64,000 nucleotides of DNA from Acidobacteriota bacterium (GTDB lineage: Bacteria; Acidobacteriota; Blastocatellia; Pyrinomonadales; Pyrinomonadaceae): positions 2,535 to 66,534 of the forward strand of contig QHXQ01000039.1 of the NCBI GenBank assembly GCA_003223935.1, written 5' to 3'. This document shows positions 43,740 through 52,128 of this stretch, in pieces. The notes under the pieces were generated by a model. That model was not told where the DNA came from, searched no databases, and was given only the letters and a program-made list of their open reading frames with translations. How positions within the stretch are numbered: the first letter of the stretch is position 1; each line of letters begins with the position of its first letter. A program made the position numbers and the translations under genes.

Positions 43740-45784
43740 GCGCACTCGACACTTTGCTCGCGCACAAGCTGTTTCAGGCGCTCGGCTGGGCGCTTGTGCA
43801 TTTCATCTGGCAGGGCGCGCTCGTCGCGCTGACTTACGCGGGCGCTGAGTTGTGGCTGCGGCGTGCGTCGGCGCAGGCGCGTTACGCAGCCGGTTGCGTC
43901 GGCCTGCTGTTGATGCTCGCGTGTCCCGTCGGCACGCTGTTGTGGTGCAACGCAACACAGCCGTTAAGCGCACATGTGCAGGCCACATCGGTGCTCGGCA
44001 GCACGTCAGCCACCGCGTTGCGCGTGTCAACAAGTAATGTAACCGTGCGCGACGGTGCGCTCGTCCAAGCAGACGATTTCCTAGACGACACGCTCGATGC
44101 ACCTGCGCCGTTTCGCCTCTGGCTGGCGGAACGTTTTCCGTCCGCGCTGCCTTGGCTGGTGCTCGCGTGGCTCGCGGGCGCGTGTGTGTTGTCGCTGCGG
44201 CTGGCCGGAGGTTGGTTGTTGGCGCGGCGACTCAGACGTGAACCCGCGCCGCTCGCGTCGCGCGCTTGGCAGGAGACGGCTGCGCGGCTGGCGCGGCGGC
44301 TGCGGGTTTCACGTCCCTTTCGTCTGTGCGAATCGGCATTGATTGAAGTGCCTGCGGTCATCGATGTCTTGCGCCCCATCATCCTGTTGCCAGCGTGTGC
44401 ACTGACAGGCTTGAGCGCGCCGCAACTCGAAGCTCTCATCGCGCACGAACTCGCGCACGTCGGACGACATGATTATCTGGTCAACCTGTTGCAGACGTGC
44501 ATCGAGACGCTGCTCTTTTATCACCCGGCGGTCTGGTGGCTCTCGCGGCGCGTGCGCACAGAGCGCGAGCATTGCTGTGACGACGCCGCTGTCGCGGCCA
44601 CAGGCGATGTGCTCGTCTATGCGCACGCATTGACCGCGCTCGAACAACTGCGCCGCCGTCCCGTTCATCGGTTCGCTATCGCTGCCAATGGAGGTTCACT
44701 CATGCAACGCATTCAGAGACTTTTGCAACCGCACAGAAACGCGCCGCGTCGTGCACCGGCAAGCGCCGGTCTCTTGCTCATGCTCATCGCGCTCCTGAGT
44801 ATTCTCGCGGGCGCGCAAGGCCTCGCTTCGCTCAGACGCTATGACGCACCCGAAGCGTCTGCGCCGCAACGCCCCGTGCTCGTGCCAGCGCAGCGCAAAG
44901 TGGCCGTCACTTTCGTCAGCATGCCGGCCACTTGGATCTATTACGACCCGCGTGCCGAACGCGAGTTGCGCAAACTCATCGCCAGCTTGAACGCGCACAA
45001 CATCCCGGCCACGGGCTTTGTCAACGAGAGTTCGCTCTACCATGAAGGCCAATTAGACGAACAGCGCGTCGCGTTGCTGCGCCTCTGGCTCGATGCGGGC
45101 TTCGATCTCGGTGCACAGCCGAACCCACACGCGAGTCTCTACGACACGCCGCTCGCAGACTTCGAGCAGGACGTGTTGCGCGGCGAAGAGATCACAGGGC
45201 AACTGCTCAAAGAGCGCGGCCGCTCGCTGCGCTATTTCAGCTATCCATTCCTCAACACGGGCCCCGATGCGGCGACCAAAGAGGCGGCCGAGAAATTCTT
45301 GGCCGCACGTCATTACCGCATCCATCAGGTCACGATAGATAACATGGACTGGCTCTTCGGCAAGGTCTATATGGACGCGCGGCGGCGCGGCGACGAGGCG
45401 ACGATGCAGCGCGTCGCCGACGAGTATGTGCCTTATATGGAACGCATGTTCGAGTTCTACGAACAACTCTCGCGCGACACGCTCGGCCACGAGCCGCCGC
45501 AAGTCTTGCTGCTCATGGCGAGCGCCTTGAACGCCGACAAGATGGACGACCTCGTGGCGATGTTGCAGCGACGCGGTTATCAGTTCGTCACGCTCGATGA
45601 GGCGCAGCAAGACAAGGCTTACAGTCTGCCCGATACCTACACAGGCCCGATGGGCATCTCTTGGTTGCAACGCTGGGCTATGGCCAAAGGCGCGTCCTTC
45701 CGCAAAGAACCCTACCTGCCCCCTTACATGCAGCAGTACGACTTCCGCCAGAGCGGCTCGGATTTCAAGACCAATCTCAAGTGA
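43736..45784 (+). CDS. BlaR1-like M56 family membrane metalloprotease/signal transducer with C-terminal polysaccharide-deacetylase-like (degenerate) domain
   Basis: 682 aa. TM helices and HEXXH zinc site HELAHVGRHD (~44444), followed by ETLLFYHPAVWW, as in M56 peptidases. An extra TM helix follows. The ~280-aa C-terminal domain reads VAVTFVSMP...IPATGFVN...WLDAGFDLGAQPNPHAS...LRYFSYPF..., resembling CE4/NodB deacetylases with the catalytic residues substituted. Confidence 0.75.
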   Translation: MSALDTLLAHKLFQALGWALVHFIWQGALVALTYAGAELWLRRASAQARYAAGCVGLLLMLACPVGTLLWCNATQPLSAHVQATSVLGSTSATALRVSTSNVTVRDGALVQADDFLDDTLDAPAPFRLWLAERFPSALPWLVLAWLAGACVLSLRLAGGWLLARRLRREPAPLASRAWQETAARLARRLRVSRPFRLCESALIEVPAVIDVLRPIILLPACALTGLSAPQLEALIAHELAHVGRHDYLVNLLQTCIETLLFYHPAVWWLSRRVRTEREHCCDDAAVAATGDVLVYAHALTALEQLRRRPVHRFAIAANGGSLMQRIQRLLQPHRNAPRRAPASAGLLLMLIALLSILAGAQGLASLRRYDAPEASAPQRPVLVPAQRKVAVTFVSMPATWIYYDPRAERELRKLIASLNAHNIPATGFVNESSLYHEGQLDEQRVALLRLWLDAGFDLGAQPNPHASLYDTPLADFEQDVLRGEEITGQLLKERGRSLRYFSYPFLNTGPDAATKEAAEKFLAARHYRIHQVTIDNMDWLFGKVYMDARRRGDEATMQRVADEYVPYMERMFEFYEQLSRDTLGHEPPQVLLLMASALNADKMDDLVAMLQRRGYQFVTLDEAQQDKAYSLPDTYTGPMGISWLQRWAMAKGASFRKEPYLPPYMQQYDFRQSGSDFKTNLK

Positions 45785-45843
45785 ACAGATGCTGCATTAA
45801 CCTGTATGTCGGCGGTTGCATGCACCGAGAGAGCAACTCACAG

Positions 45844-45924
45844 CAGAGACGCAGAGGGCACAGAGTTAACGCAGAGAGTTGATCAGTTCTTCTCTGCGCC
45901 CCCTCTGCGCCCTCTGCGTCTGCG
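45844..45924. repeat. Imperfect palindromic REP-like element (CAGAGACGCAGAGGGC family)
   Basis: gagacgcagagggcacagag (~45846..45865) pairs with ctctgcgccctctgcgtctg (~45903..45922) with 1-2 mismatches. An inner pair is gcagagag/ctctctgc. It lies downstream of the blaR1-like stop. Confidence 0.6.
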
Positions 45925-46091
45925 GCGGTGAACCAACCGCTCGTTAATTTCAACCGCCGATCACGCCTAGGACAGACCGCAAAACAAGCATTGCGCAAAA
46001 AAAATTGCAAGGCGTGACCGTCAAGCGCGTTCAAGGGGCAGGTCAACGCCGCGCCAATTGGTCGCGGCCATTTGAAGGAGGTCTGAAATCC

Positions 46092-47306
46092 GTGCTGCAA
46101 CGTCTATCGCTCAAATTCCTCGTCGCGTGCTTAACTTTTCTCGTCAGCATCAGCGTCACCGCCGCCGTGCTCGTCAACTCGCGCCCCGCCGTGCCGAACG
46201 AACCACTCACAGCCGACCCGACACCTATCGCCAACGCAAACGACAACACGCTCGAAATGGTCTTTGTGATTGACACGACCGGCTCGATGGGCGGTCTGAT
46301 CGAGGGCGCGAAGCAGCGCGTCTGGGGCATCGTCAACGAAGTGATGCAGTCGCCCGCGCACCCGAACGTGCGCGTCGGCCTCGTCGCTTATCGTGATGTC
46401 GGCGACGAGTACGTGACCAAAGTGCTGCCGCTCACGAGCGACTTGGACAAGGTCTATACGACTTTGATGGACTATCACGCGGACGGCGGCGGCGACACGC
46501 CCGAAGACGTGCGCCGCGCCTTGGCCGAAGGTGTCGCGCAAGCCGGTTGGGCAAAGGACGCGACCCAGTTGCAGCACACCGCGCAGATTCTCTTCCTCGT
46601 CGGCGATGCGCCGCCGCACGAAGACTACAAGCAAGAGCCTGCGACGACCGAGACGGCCGCAATGGCGGCCAAGCGCGGCATGATCGTCAACACAATTCAG
46701 TGCGGGCAGGCCGAAGACACGCGCGCTGTCTGGCAGACGATTGCGCGCGAAGGGCACGGGCAATACTTCGCCATCGCGCAGGACGGCGGCGTGCAAGCGA
46801 TCACGACGCCCTATGACGACGAGTTAAGCACGCTCAGTCAAAAACTCGGCCACACCACAGTCGCTTACGGCGGCGGCGCGGGGCCGGCGGGCGAGGCGTA
46901 TCGCAATGAGATCGCAGCGGCAACAGTTATAACCGAATCGCGCGTCGCTGCCGCCGCGCCGAAAGCGGCGCAAGCTGACCGCGCGCTCAACAAGGCGCTG
47001 AACAAAGAGGCTTACGCCAACGATCTGCTGCAAGGGATCGAGAACGGCTCAGTCAAACTCGACGCCGTGAAAGACGAAGACCTGCCCGACGACCTGCGTA
47101 AGCTCTCGCCCGAAGCGCGCAAGAAAGAGATCGACAGGCGTTTGGCCGAACGCAAGCAACTACGCGAGCAGATCGTCGCCGTCGCCAAAAAACGCGACGA
47201 CTACATCGCCGCCGAACGCCGCAAACAGACCGGCCATCAAGACGGTTTCGACACCGCCGTCGCCACCGCGCTCAAAGAACAGCTTTCGCGTAAGGGCATA
47301 AAGTAA
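46092..47306 (+). CDS. von Willebrand factor type A (vWA) domain protein, membrane-anchored
   Basis: I place the start at GTG 46092, 8 nt after a GAAGGAGG RBS. The track ORF starts at TTG 46005. TM helix: FLVACLTFLVSISVTAAVLV. vWA MIDAS motif: VFVIDTTGSMGG. The C-terminus is a charged coiled coil. Confidence 0.8.
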   Translation: MLQRLSLKFLVACLTFLVSISVTAAVLVNSRPAVPNEPLTADPTPIANANDNTLEMVFVIDTTGSMGGLIEGAKQRVWGIVNEVMQSPAHPNVRVGLVAYRDVGDEYVTKVLPLTSDLDKVYTTLMDYHADGGGDTPEDVRRALAEGVAQAGWAKDATQLQHTAQILFLVGDAPPHEDYKQEPATTETAAMAAKRGMIVNTIQCGQAEDTRAVWQTIAREGHGQYFAIAQDGGVQAITTPYDDELSTLSQKLGHTTVAYGGGAGPAGEAYRNEIAAATVITESRVAAAAPKAAQADRALNKALNKEAYANDLLQGIENGSVKLDAVKDEDLPDDLRKLSPEARKKEIDRRLAERKQLREQIVAVAKKRDDYIAAERRKQTGHQDGFDTAVATALKEQLSRKGIK

Positions 47307-47323
47307 TCAGGCGAATAAAAGCT

Positions 47324-47388
47324 GAACCGCGAAGCCACAAGAAATAACACGAAGGAAGCAGCGCGCCTCTTTCGTGTGGCTTCGTGGT
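47324..47388. terminator. Hairpin between convergent vWA and efp genes
   Basis: aaccgcgaagccacaagaaa (47324..47343) pairs with tttcgtgtggcttcgtggtt (47369..47388), a 20-bp stem with 2 mismatches. Confidence 0.5.
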
Positions 47389-47473
47389 TACTGCCGTTGC
47401 GCCTTCAGACGCGCGTCGCTTAGATTCCAAGCGCCTTACACTAATCGGCGCTTAAGTATATTCGTCTTATCGT

Positions 47474-48046
47474 TCACGCTCTTCCTGCTACTTCGCCGGT
47501 CTGCGTGTTGACGCGCACGACCTCGCCTGCTTTGATGAAGAGGGGCACGCGAACGGTCAAGCCGGTTTCGAGCGTGGCGGGTTTGGTTGCGCCGCCCGCG
47601 GCCGTGTCGCCGCGCAGACCCGGCTCGGTGGCGGTCACAGTTAATTCCACGAACTGTGGCAACTCAAGCGAGATGGGCGCGCCGTTGTACTTCAAGACCT
47701 GCACCGTCGTGCCTTCCTTCAAATAGCCACGCGCATCGCCGATCTGTTCTTCATCGAGCATGAACTGTTCGTAAGTAGTCTCGTCCATAAAGTGCAAGCC
47801 GTCGCCATCGGCGTAGAGAAATGAAGCGGGCGTGAGTTGCACGTCCGGCTCGGCGAACTTTTCGCTCGCCTTAAAACTCTTCTCCTGCACCGCGCCCGTC
47901 AACAGATGACGCAAGCGCGTCCGCACCATCGTCGCCGCGCCGCGCGCCGAAGGGGTGGCGAAGAAGACTTCGAGCACCGTGTAAGGTTGCCCGTCAACTG
48001 TGATGAGCGTGCGCCGTTTGAGTTCGTTAGCTCCGATCAAGGCCAT
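47474..48046 (-). CDS. efp: Elongation factor P family protein with EfpL/YeiP-type loop
   Basis: 190 aa with three EF-P domains (ITVDGQPYTVLE..., FMDETTYEQF, PGLRGDTAAGGATKPATLETGLTVRVPLFI). The beta3-beta4 loop reads ATPSARGAATMVRTRL and the C-terminus reads GEVAGRA. From memory these resemble E. coli YeiP/EfpL (SPTARGAATLY...MGRAD) rather than the canonical KPGKGQA loop. Confidence 0.85.
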   Translation of the reverse strand: MALIGANELKRRTLITVDGQPYTVLEVFFATPSARGAATMVRTRLRHLLTGAVQEKSFKASEKFAEPDVQLTPASFLYADGDGLHFMDETTYEQFMLDEEQIGDARGYLKEGTTVQVLKYNGAPISLELPQFVELTVTATEPGLRGDTAAGGATKPATLETGLTVRVPLFIKAGEVVRVNTQTGEVAGRA

Positions 48047-48075
48047 TGGTTTATCCTCTGCTTGCTGATGACAAG

Positions 48076-48732
48076 ATGATAGACAGGATCATGCGTGCGC
48101 TTCAACTGCCGAAACTTTATCCGCTCACCGATGGCGCGCACGAGCTAATGCACGCCGAGCAGGTCGCGCGTCTGTGCGCGGGCGGCGCAACGCTCATACA
48201 GTTGCGCGCGAAGCACGCCAGCCCGCGCGAGTTCTATGCGGCGGCCGAAGCGGCGTTGCGCGTCGCACGCGCGCATGGCGCACGGCTCATCATCAACGAC
48301 CGCGCCGACATTGCGCTCGCGCTCCGTGCGGACGGCGTGCATCTCGGTCAAGATGATCTTGCTCCAACGGCCGCGCGTCGCCTGCTCGGCCCCGATGCCA
48401 TCATCGGCTACTCGACGCACAACCTTGAACAAGCACGGGCCGCCGCCCATCTGCCCATCAACTACATCGCCATCGGCCCCGTCTTCGCCACCAAGACGAA
48501 AGCGAACCCCGACCCGTTCGTCGGTCTCACAGGCGTCACGCGCGTCCGCGCCGCGCTCCCGCCCACGCTCCCGCTCGTCGCCATCGGCGGCATCACGAAA
48601 GAGAACGCACGCGCCGTGCTACGGGCCGGCGCGGACTCGGTCGCCGTCGTCAGCGCGTTACTCGATGAGCCGGAGTTGATCGCCGCACGCACCGCAGAAT
48701 TTTGGCAAAGCTTGGAGCACGAGCGCTTATAA
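48076..48732 (+). CDS. thiE: Thiamine-phosphate synthase
   Basis: LYPLTD..., ATLIQLRAK..., LIINDRADIALALRADGVHLGQDD, IGYSTHN, YIAIGPVFATKTK and VAIGGI are ThiE motifs. The start is ambiguous between ATG 48076 and 48091 (track start 48046). Confidence 0.85.
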   Translation: MIDRIMRALQLPKLYPLTDGAHELMHAEQVARLCAGGATLIQLRAKHASPREFYAAAEAALRVARAHGARLIINDRADIALALRADGVHLGQDDLAPTAARRLLGPDAIIGYSTHNLEQARAAAHLPINYIAIGPVFATKTKANPDPFVGLTGVTRVRAALPPTLPLVAIGGITKENARAVLRAGADSVAVVSALLDEPELIAARTAEFWQSLEHERL

Positions 48733-48891
48733 TTTTGCGGTCAAAACTTTTCACTTGCGTTTGCGCGTTCGATTAGCGACAATGCCAAAGGAGCAGGCGG
48801 TCTCTTATTTTCCGCCTGTCGCATCAATCAACCCCGCCTCTCTTCGGTCTCCCCGATCAAATTATTCTGGCCACGTGGAGTTAACTACGGC

Positions 48892-50076
48892 ATGAGTTTC
48901 CTTGATTTGCCGCCGATTATCGAGCGCATGCTGCTTGTCTCGGACAAGATCAGCGATCTGAACTTCTCGGTCGGCCAACAGCCGCAGGTCGAAGTCAACG
49001 GCAAACTGACGAGTGTGCAGCCTTTGGGCCTACAAAAGCTGACCCCTTACCAGACAGAGGTCATTGCGATGACTCTGCTCGAAGGGCACCCGGACGCCGC
49101 CGCGCGGCTCGCGCACACAGGCTCGGCCGATCTCAGCTATTCGCTCCCGACGCACATACGCTTCCGCGTCAATATCTTTCAGCAGCGCGGTTCTTACTCC
49201 ATCGTCATGCGCGTCATCCCGACCGAAGTGCCGACGCTCGACTTGTTGAATTTGCCGGCGCACCTCGGCGAGATCGCCGGTTTGCGCAACGGCCTCGTGC
49301 TCGTCACCGGCCCCACAGGCGCAGGTAAAACCTCGACGCTTGCCGCGATCATTGATCGCATCAATAGCGAGTATCACTATCACATCATCACCCTCGAAGA
49401 CCCGATCGAGTTCTTGCACTCGCACCGGCGCTCCACCATTAACCAACGCGAGATCGGTTCGGACGCGAAAGATTTTCCGTCGGCGCTGCGCGCGGCTCTC
49501 CGCCAAGCGCCGAAAGTGATCCTCGTCGGCGAGATGCGCGACTACGAGACGACCGAGATCGCTTTGGAAGCGGCCGAGACGGGCCACCTTGTCCTCTCAA
49601 CCTTGCACACGATTGACGCCTCAAAAACCGTTGACCGCATCATCGGTCTCTATCCGAAGAACGAAGAGCCGGTGATTCGCACGCGGCTCGCGCAGACGTT
49701 CCGTTACATCCTCTCGCAACGGCTCATCCCGCGCGCCGATGGGCAGGGGCGCGTCGCCGCGCTCGAAATCCTGAAGTCCACGCCGCGCACGCGCGAGTAT
49801 TTGCAGAACGGCGAGTCGGAGGGCAAGACCCTGCTCGACGCGATGCGCGATGGCAAGTTTGAAGGCATGCAGGACTTCGATTCTGTGATCAAAGATTTCA
49901 TCCAGCGCAAGGTCGTCTCGCTTGAAGATGGGCTGGCCTTCGCCACGAACCAGAACAACCTGCTCTTGACGCTCAAAGGCGTCACCGCGCAGGACGACTT
50001 CCTCCGCGCCGAAACCGCCACCACGCCGCCGCCCCAACGCGCACACAGTGGCGCGCACATGCTTGATCTAACATGA
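48892..50076 (+). CDS. pilT: Type IV pilus retraction ATPase PilT family
   Basis: 394 aa. Walker A: GLVLVTGPTGAGKTSTLAA. Asp box: IITLEDPIEF. Walker B: ILVGEMRDYETTEIALEAAETGHLVLSTLHT. AIRNLIRE-like region. About 40 extra C-terminal residues. Confidence 0.9.
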   Translation: MSFLDLPPIIERMLLVSDKISDLNFSVGQQPQVEVNGKLTSVQPLGLQKLTPYQTEVIAMTLLEGHPDAAARLAHTGSADLSYSLPTHIRFRVNIFQQRGSYSIVMRVIPTEVPTLDLLNLPAHLGEIAGLRNGLVLVTGPTGAGKTSTLAAIIDRINSEYHYHIITLEDPIEFLHSHRRSTINQREIGSDAKDFPSALRAALRQAPKVILVGEMRDYETTEIALEAAETGHLVLSTLHTIDASKTVDRIIGLYPKNEEPVIRTRLAQTFRYILSQRLIPRADGQGRVAALEILKSTPRTREYLQNGESEGKTLLDAMRDGKFEGMQDFDSVIKDFIQRKVVSLEDGLAFATNQNNLLLTLKGVTAQDDFLRAETATTPPPQRAHSGAHMLDLT

Positions 50077-50081
50077 AAGAA

Positions 50082-50154
50082 AACGATGAACGCCGCAACG
50101 ATGAACGATGACTAGAAAAACAGTTCATCATTCCGCGCTCATCCTTCATCGTTA
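50082..50154. repeat. Decayed copy of the GATGAACG palindromic element
   Basis: gatgaacgccgcaacgatgaac (50085..50106) matches 9719..9740 at 21 of 22 positions. The right arm (gttcatcattccgcgctcatccttcatcgtt) is degenerate. It lies between pilT and the next gene. Confidence 0.6.
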
Positions 50155-50159
50155 CGCTT

Positions 50160-50954
50160 ATGGTTATCACTTGCCAGCAATGCAGCGCACGTTTGCAACT
50201 CGATGATGCGAAAGTGCCGGCGCGCCCGTTCACCGTCCGCTGCCCGAAGTGCCAGCACATCATCAACGCGCAACCGCCCGCGCCGGAGCCGGATTACAGC
50301 GCCTTCGGCAGCGGCGAAGCGCCCTTGTCCGCGCCGACGCGCTTTGGCCGGCCGATGGCTGCGCCGCCATTTCGGATCGACGCGGCCGGCGAGGGCGCGC
50401 CGACTGACAGTCCCATCGCGTCGAACCGTGACGAAGTTGCGAACCTGCTCTCGGCTTTGTTGCAACAGGCGATGACGGCGGCGGCGTCTGAGGCATCGCA
50501 GAAGACCGCAGGCCGGCGCGGTTGGGGCAATCATCGCCGCGCGCTCGTCTGCGCCGCATCCGATCATCGCTTCACGGTCGCGCGCGTGCTGGTCGAGAAC
50601 GGCTACGAATGTTTCGTCGCCGAAGACACAACGCAGGCCATCGAACGCATGCGCGAGGATCGGATAGACATCATCCTGCTCGCGCCCGATTTCGATCCGG
50701 TCGAGCAGGGCGCGGCCTTCATCAACCGCGAGATCAGCGCGCTGCGCCCCGCCGAGCGCCGCCGCACCTTCTTCATCCACATGACGCCCGATGTGCGCAC
50801 AGGCGACCCGCACGCCGCCCTCGTCCGTAGCGCCAACTTCGTCCTTAACCCCGCAGACATCGAAGACCTCCCGCCCGTCCTCGACCGCGCCGTCCGCGAC
50901 TTCAACGAACTCTACCGCAACTACAACGCCGCGCTGCAACTGCAAGGAATCTGA
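50160..50954 (+). CDS. Zinc-ribbon (MJ0042-type) protein with C-terminal pseudo-receiver domain
   Basis: 264 aa. N-terminal zinc ribbon: MVITCQQCSARLQLDDAKVPARPFTVRCPKCQH. A Pro/Ala linker follows. The REC-like fold reads ALVCAASDHRFTVARVLVENGYECFVAEDTTQAIERMREDRIDIILLAPDF, and the position expected for the phospho-acceptor Asp is Ala. Confidence 0.65.
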   Translation: MVITCQQCSARLQLDDAKVPARPFTVRCPKCQHIINAQPPAPEPDYSAFGSGEAPLSAPTRFGRPMAAPPFRIDAAGEGAPTDSPIASNRDEVANLLSALLQQAMTAAASEASQKTAGRRGWGNHRRALVCAASDHRFTVARVLVENGYECFVAEDTTQAIERMREDRIDIILLAPDFDPVEQGAAFINREISALRPAERRRTFFIHMTPDVRTGDPHAALVRSANFVLNPADIEDLPPVLDRAVRDFNELYRNYNAALQLQGI

Positions 50955-50957
50955 AGA

Positions 50958-51039
50958 GCAGTGGCCAGTGGTCGGTGGTCAGTGATCAGTTAAAGAAAAA
51001 GTCTTTACTGCCCACTGACCACCGACCACTGGCCACTGC
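50958..51039. repeat. Perfect 27-bp-stem palindromic element (GGTCAGTG family), upstream flank of the CDF gene
   Basis: gcagtggccagtggtcggtggtcagtg (50958..50984) pairs perfectly with cactgaccaccgaccactggccactgc (51013..51039) across a 28-nt loop. It shares the 19-nt core cagtggtcggtggtcagtg with 52046..52121. Confidence 0.85.
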
Positions 51040-51106
51040 TCCTCATTGACGCTTGTCCGACGCCGCTTGTATCTTACAGGTCACGTTTGTCTCGGAGCGT
51101 TGTAGG

Positions 51107-52057
51107 ATGGCCACTGCGCACGACAATCACGTGCACCCGCACGGGCATCATTATGCGGCGCGCAGCCAACGGCGTCTGGCGCTCGTGCTCGTGCTGATCA
51201 CGCTCTACATGTTTGCCGAGGCGGTCGGCGGTTGGCTCTCGAATTCGCTCGCTTTGCTTGCAGACGCCGGGCACATGTTGACAGATGTGGGCGCGCTGTT
51301 GCTCGCGCTCTTCGCCGCTTGGTTCAGCGCGCGCCCGGCCACGCCCGACAAGACATTCGGCTACTATCGGCTTGAAATCCTCGCCGCGTTTACGAACGGT
51401 GTGGTGCTCGTCGCCATCTCGCTCGGCATCTTCTATGCAGCTTATCGTCGTTGGCTCGAACCGAAAGCGGTTGAGAGTCATCTGTTGATCTTGGTCGCCT
51501 CAGGCGGCCTCGTCGTCAATCTGATCTGCGCTTGGTTGCTGCACGGCGCGCACGAGGGCGATCTAAATGTGCGCGGCGCTTGGTTGCACATCATCGGCGA
51601 CGCGCTCGGCTCAGTCGGCGCGATCATCGCCGGCATCCTGATCGCCACGCGCGGTTGGTATGCCGCCGATCCACTCATCAGCGCCTTTATCAGTTGTTTG
51701 ATCATCTGGAGTTCTTGGCATCTGCTCCGCGAAGCGACGAACGTGCTCTTAGAAGGCACGCCCGCGCACATCAATCTCGCGTCGGTCGAAGAGGCGATCT
51801 TAAAAACTGACGGCGTCGCAGGCGTCCACGACCTGCACGTCTGGACGATCACTTCGGGGCGCGAAGCGCTGAGCGCGCACGTCGTCCACGCGCACACAGT
51901 CGCGCAGCCCGCGCTCTTACATGCGTTGCGCGTCAAACTGCACGACCGCTTCGGCGTTGACCATCTCACGATCCAGATGGAGATGGCTGACAACGAAGAC
52001 GACACGTTCCACTTCTGTCACGCAGGCACGGATTGTTATCAGAAAAGTGGTCAGTAG
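51107..52057 (+). CDS. czcD: Cation diffusion facilitator (CDF) family Zn/Co/Cd efflux transporter
   Basis: I place the start at ATG 51107 (MATAHDNHVHPHGHHYAA, a His-rich N-terminus). TM2/TM5 metal sites: LLADAGHMLTDV and WLHIIGDALGSVG. C-terminal dimerisation domain: VHDLHVWTITSG. Confidence 0.9.
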   Translation: MATAHDNHVHPHGHHYAARSQRRLALVLVLITLYMFAEAVGGWLSNSLALLADAGHMLTDVGALLLALFAAWFSARPATPDKTFGYYRLEILAAFTNGVVLVAISLGIFYAAYRRWLEPKAVESHLLILVASGGLVVNLICAWLLHGAHEGDLNVRGAWLHIIGDALGSVGAIIAGILIATRGWYAADPLISAFISCLIIWSSWHLLREATNVLLEGTPAHINLASVEEAILKTDGVAGVHDLHVWTITSGREALSAHVVHAHTVAQPALLHALRVKLHDRFGVDHLTIQMEMADNEDDTFHFCHAGTDCYQKSGQ

Positions 52058-52121
52058 TCAGTGGTCGGTGGTCAGTGAGAACAGGCTTTTACTGACCACC
52101 GACCACTGACTACTGACCACT
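52046..52121. repeat. Perfect 31-bp-stem palindromic element (GGTCAGTG family), downstream flank of the CDF gene
   Basis: agtggtcagtagtcagtggtcggtggtcagt (52046..52076) pairs perfectly with actgaccaccgaccactgactactgaccact (52091..52121) across a 14-nt loop. The left arm overlaps the last codons and stop of the CDF gene. Confidence 0.85.
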
Positions 52122-52128
52122 GACCATC

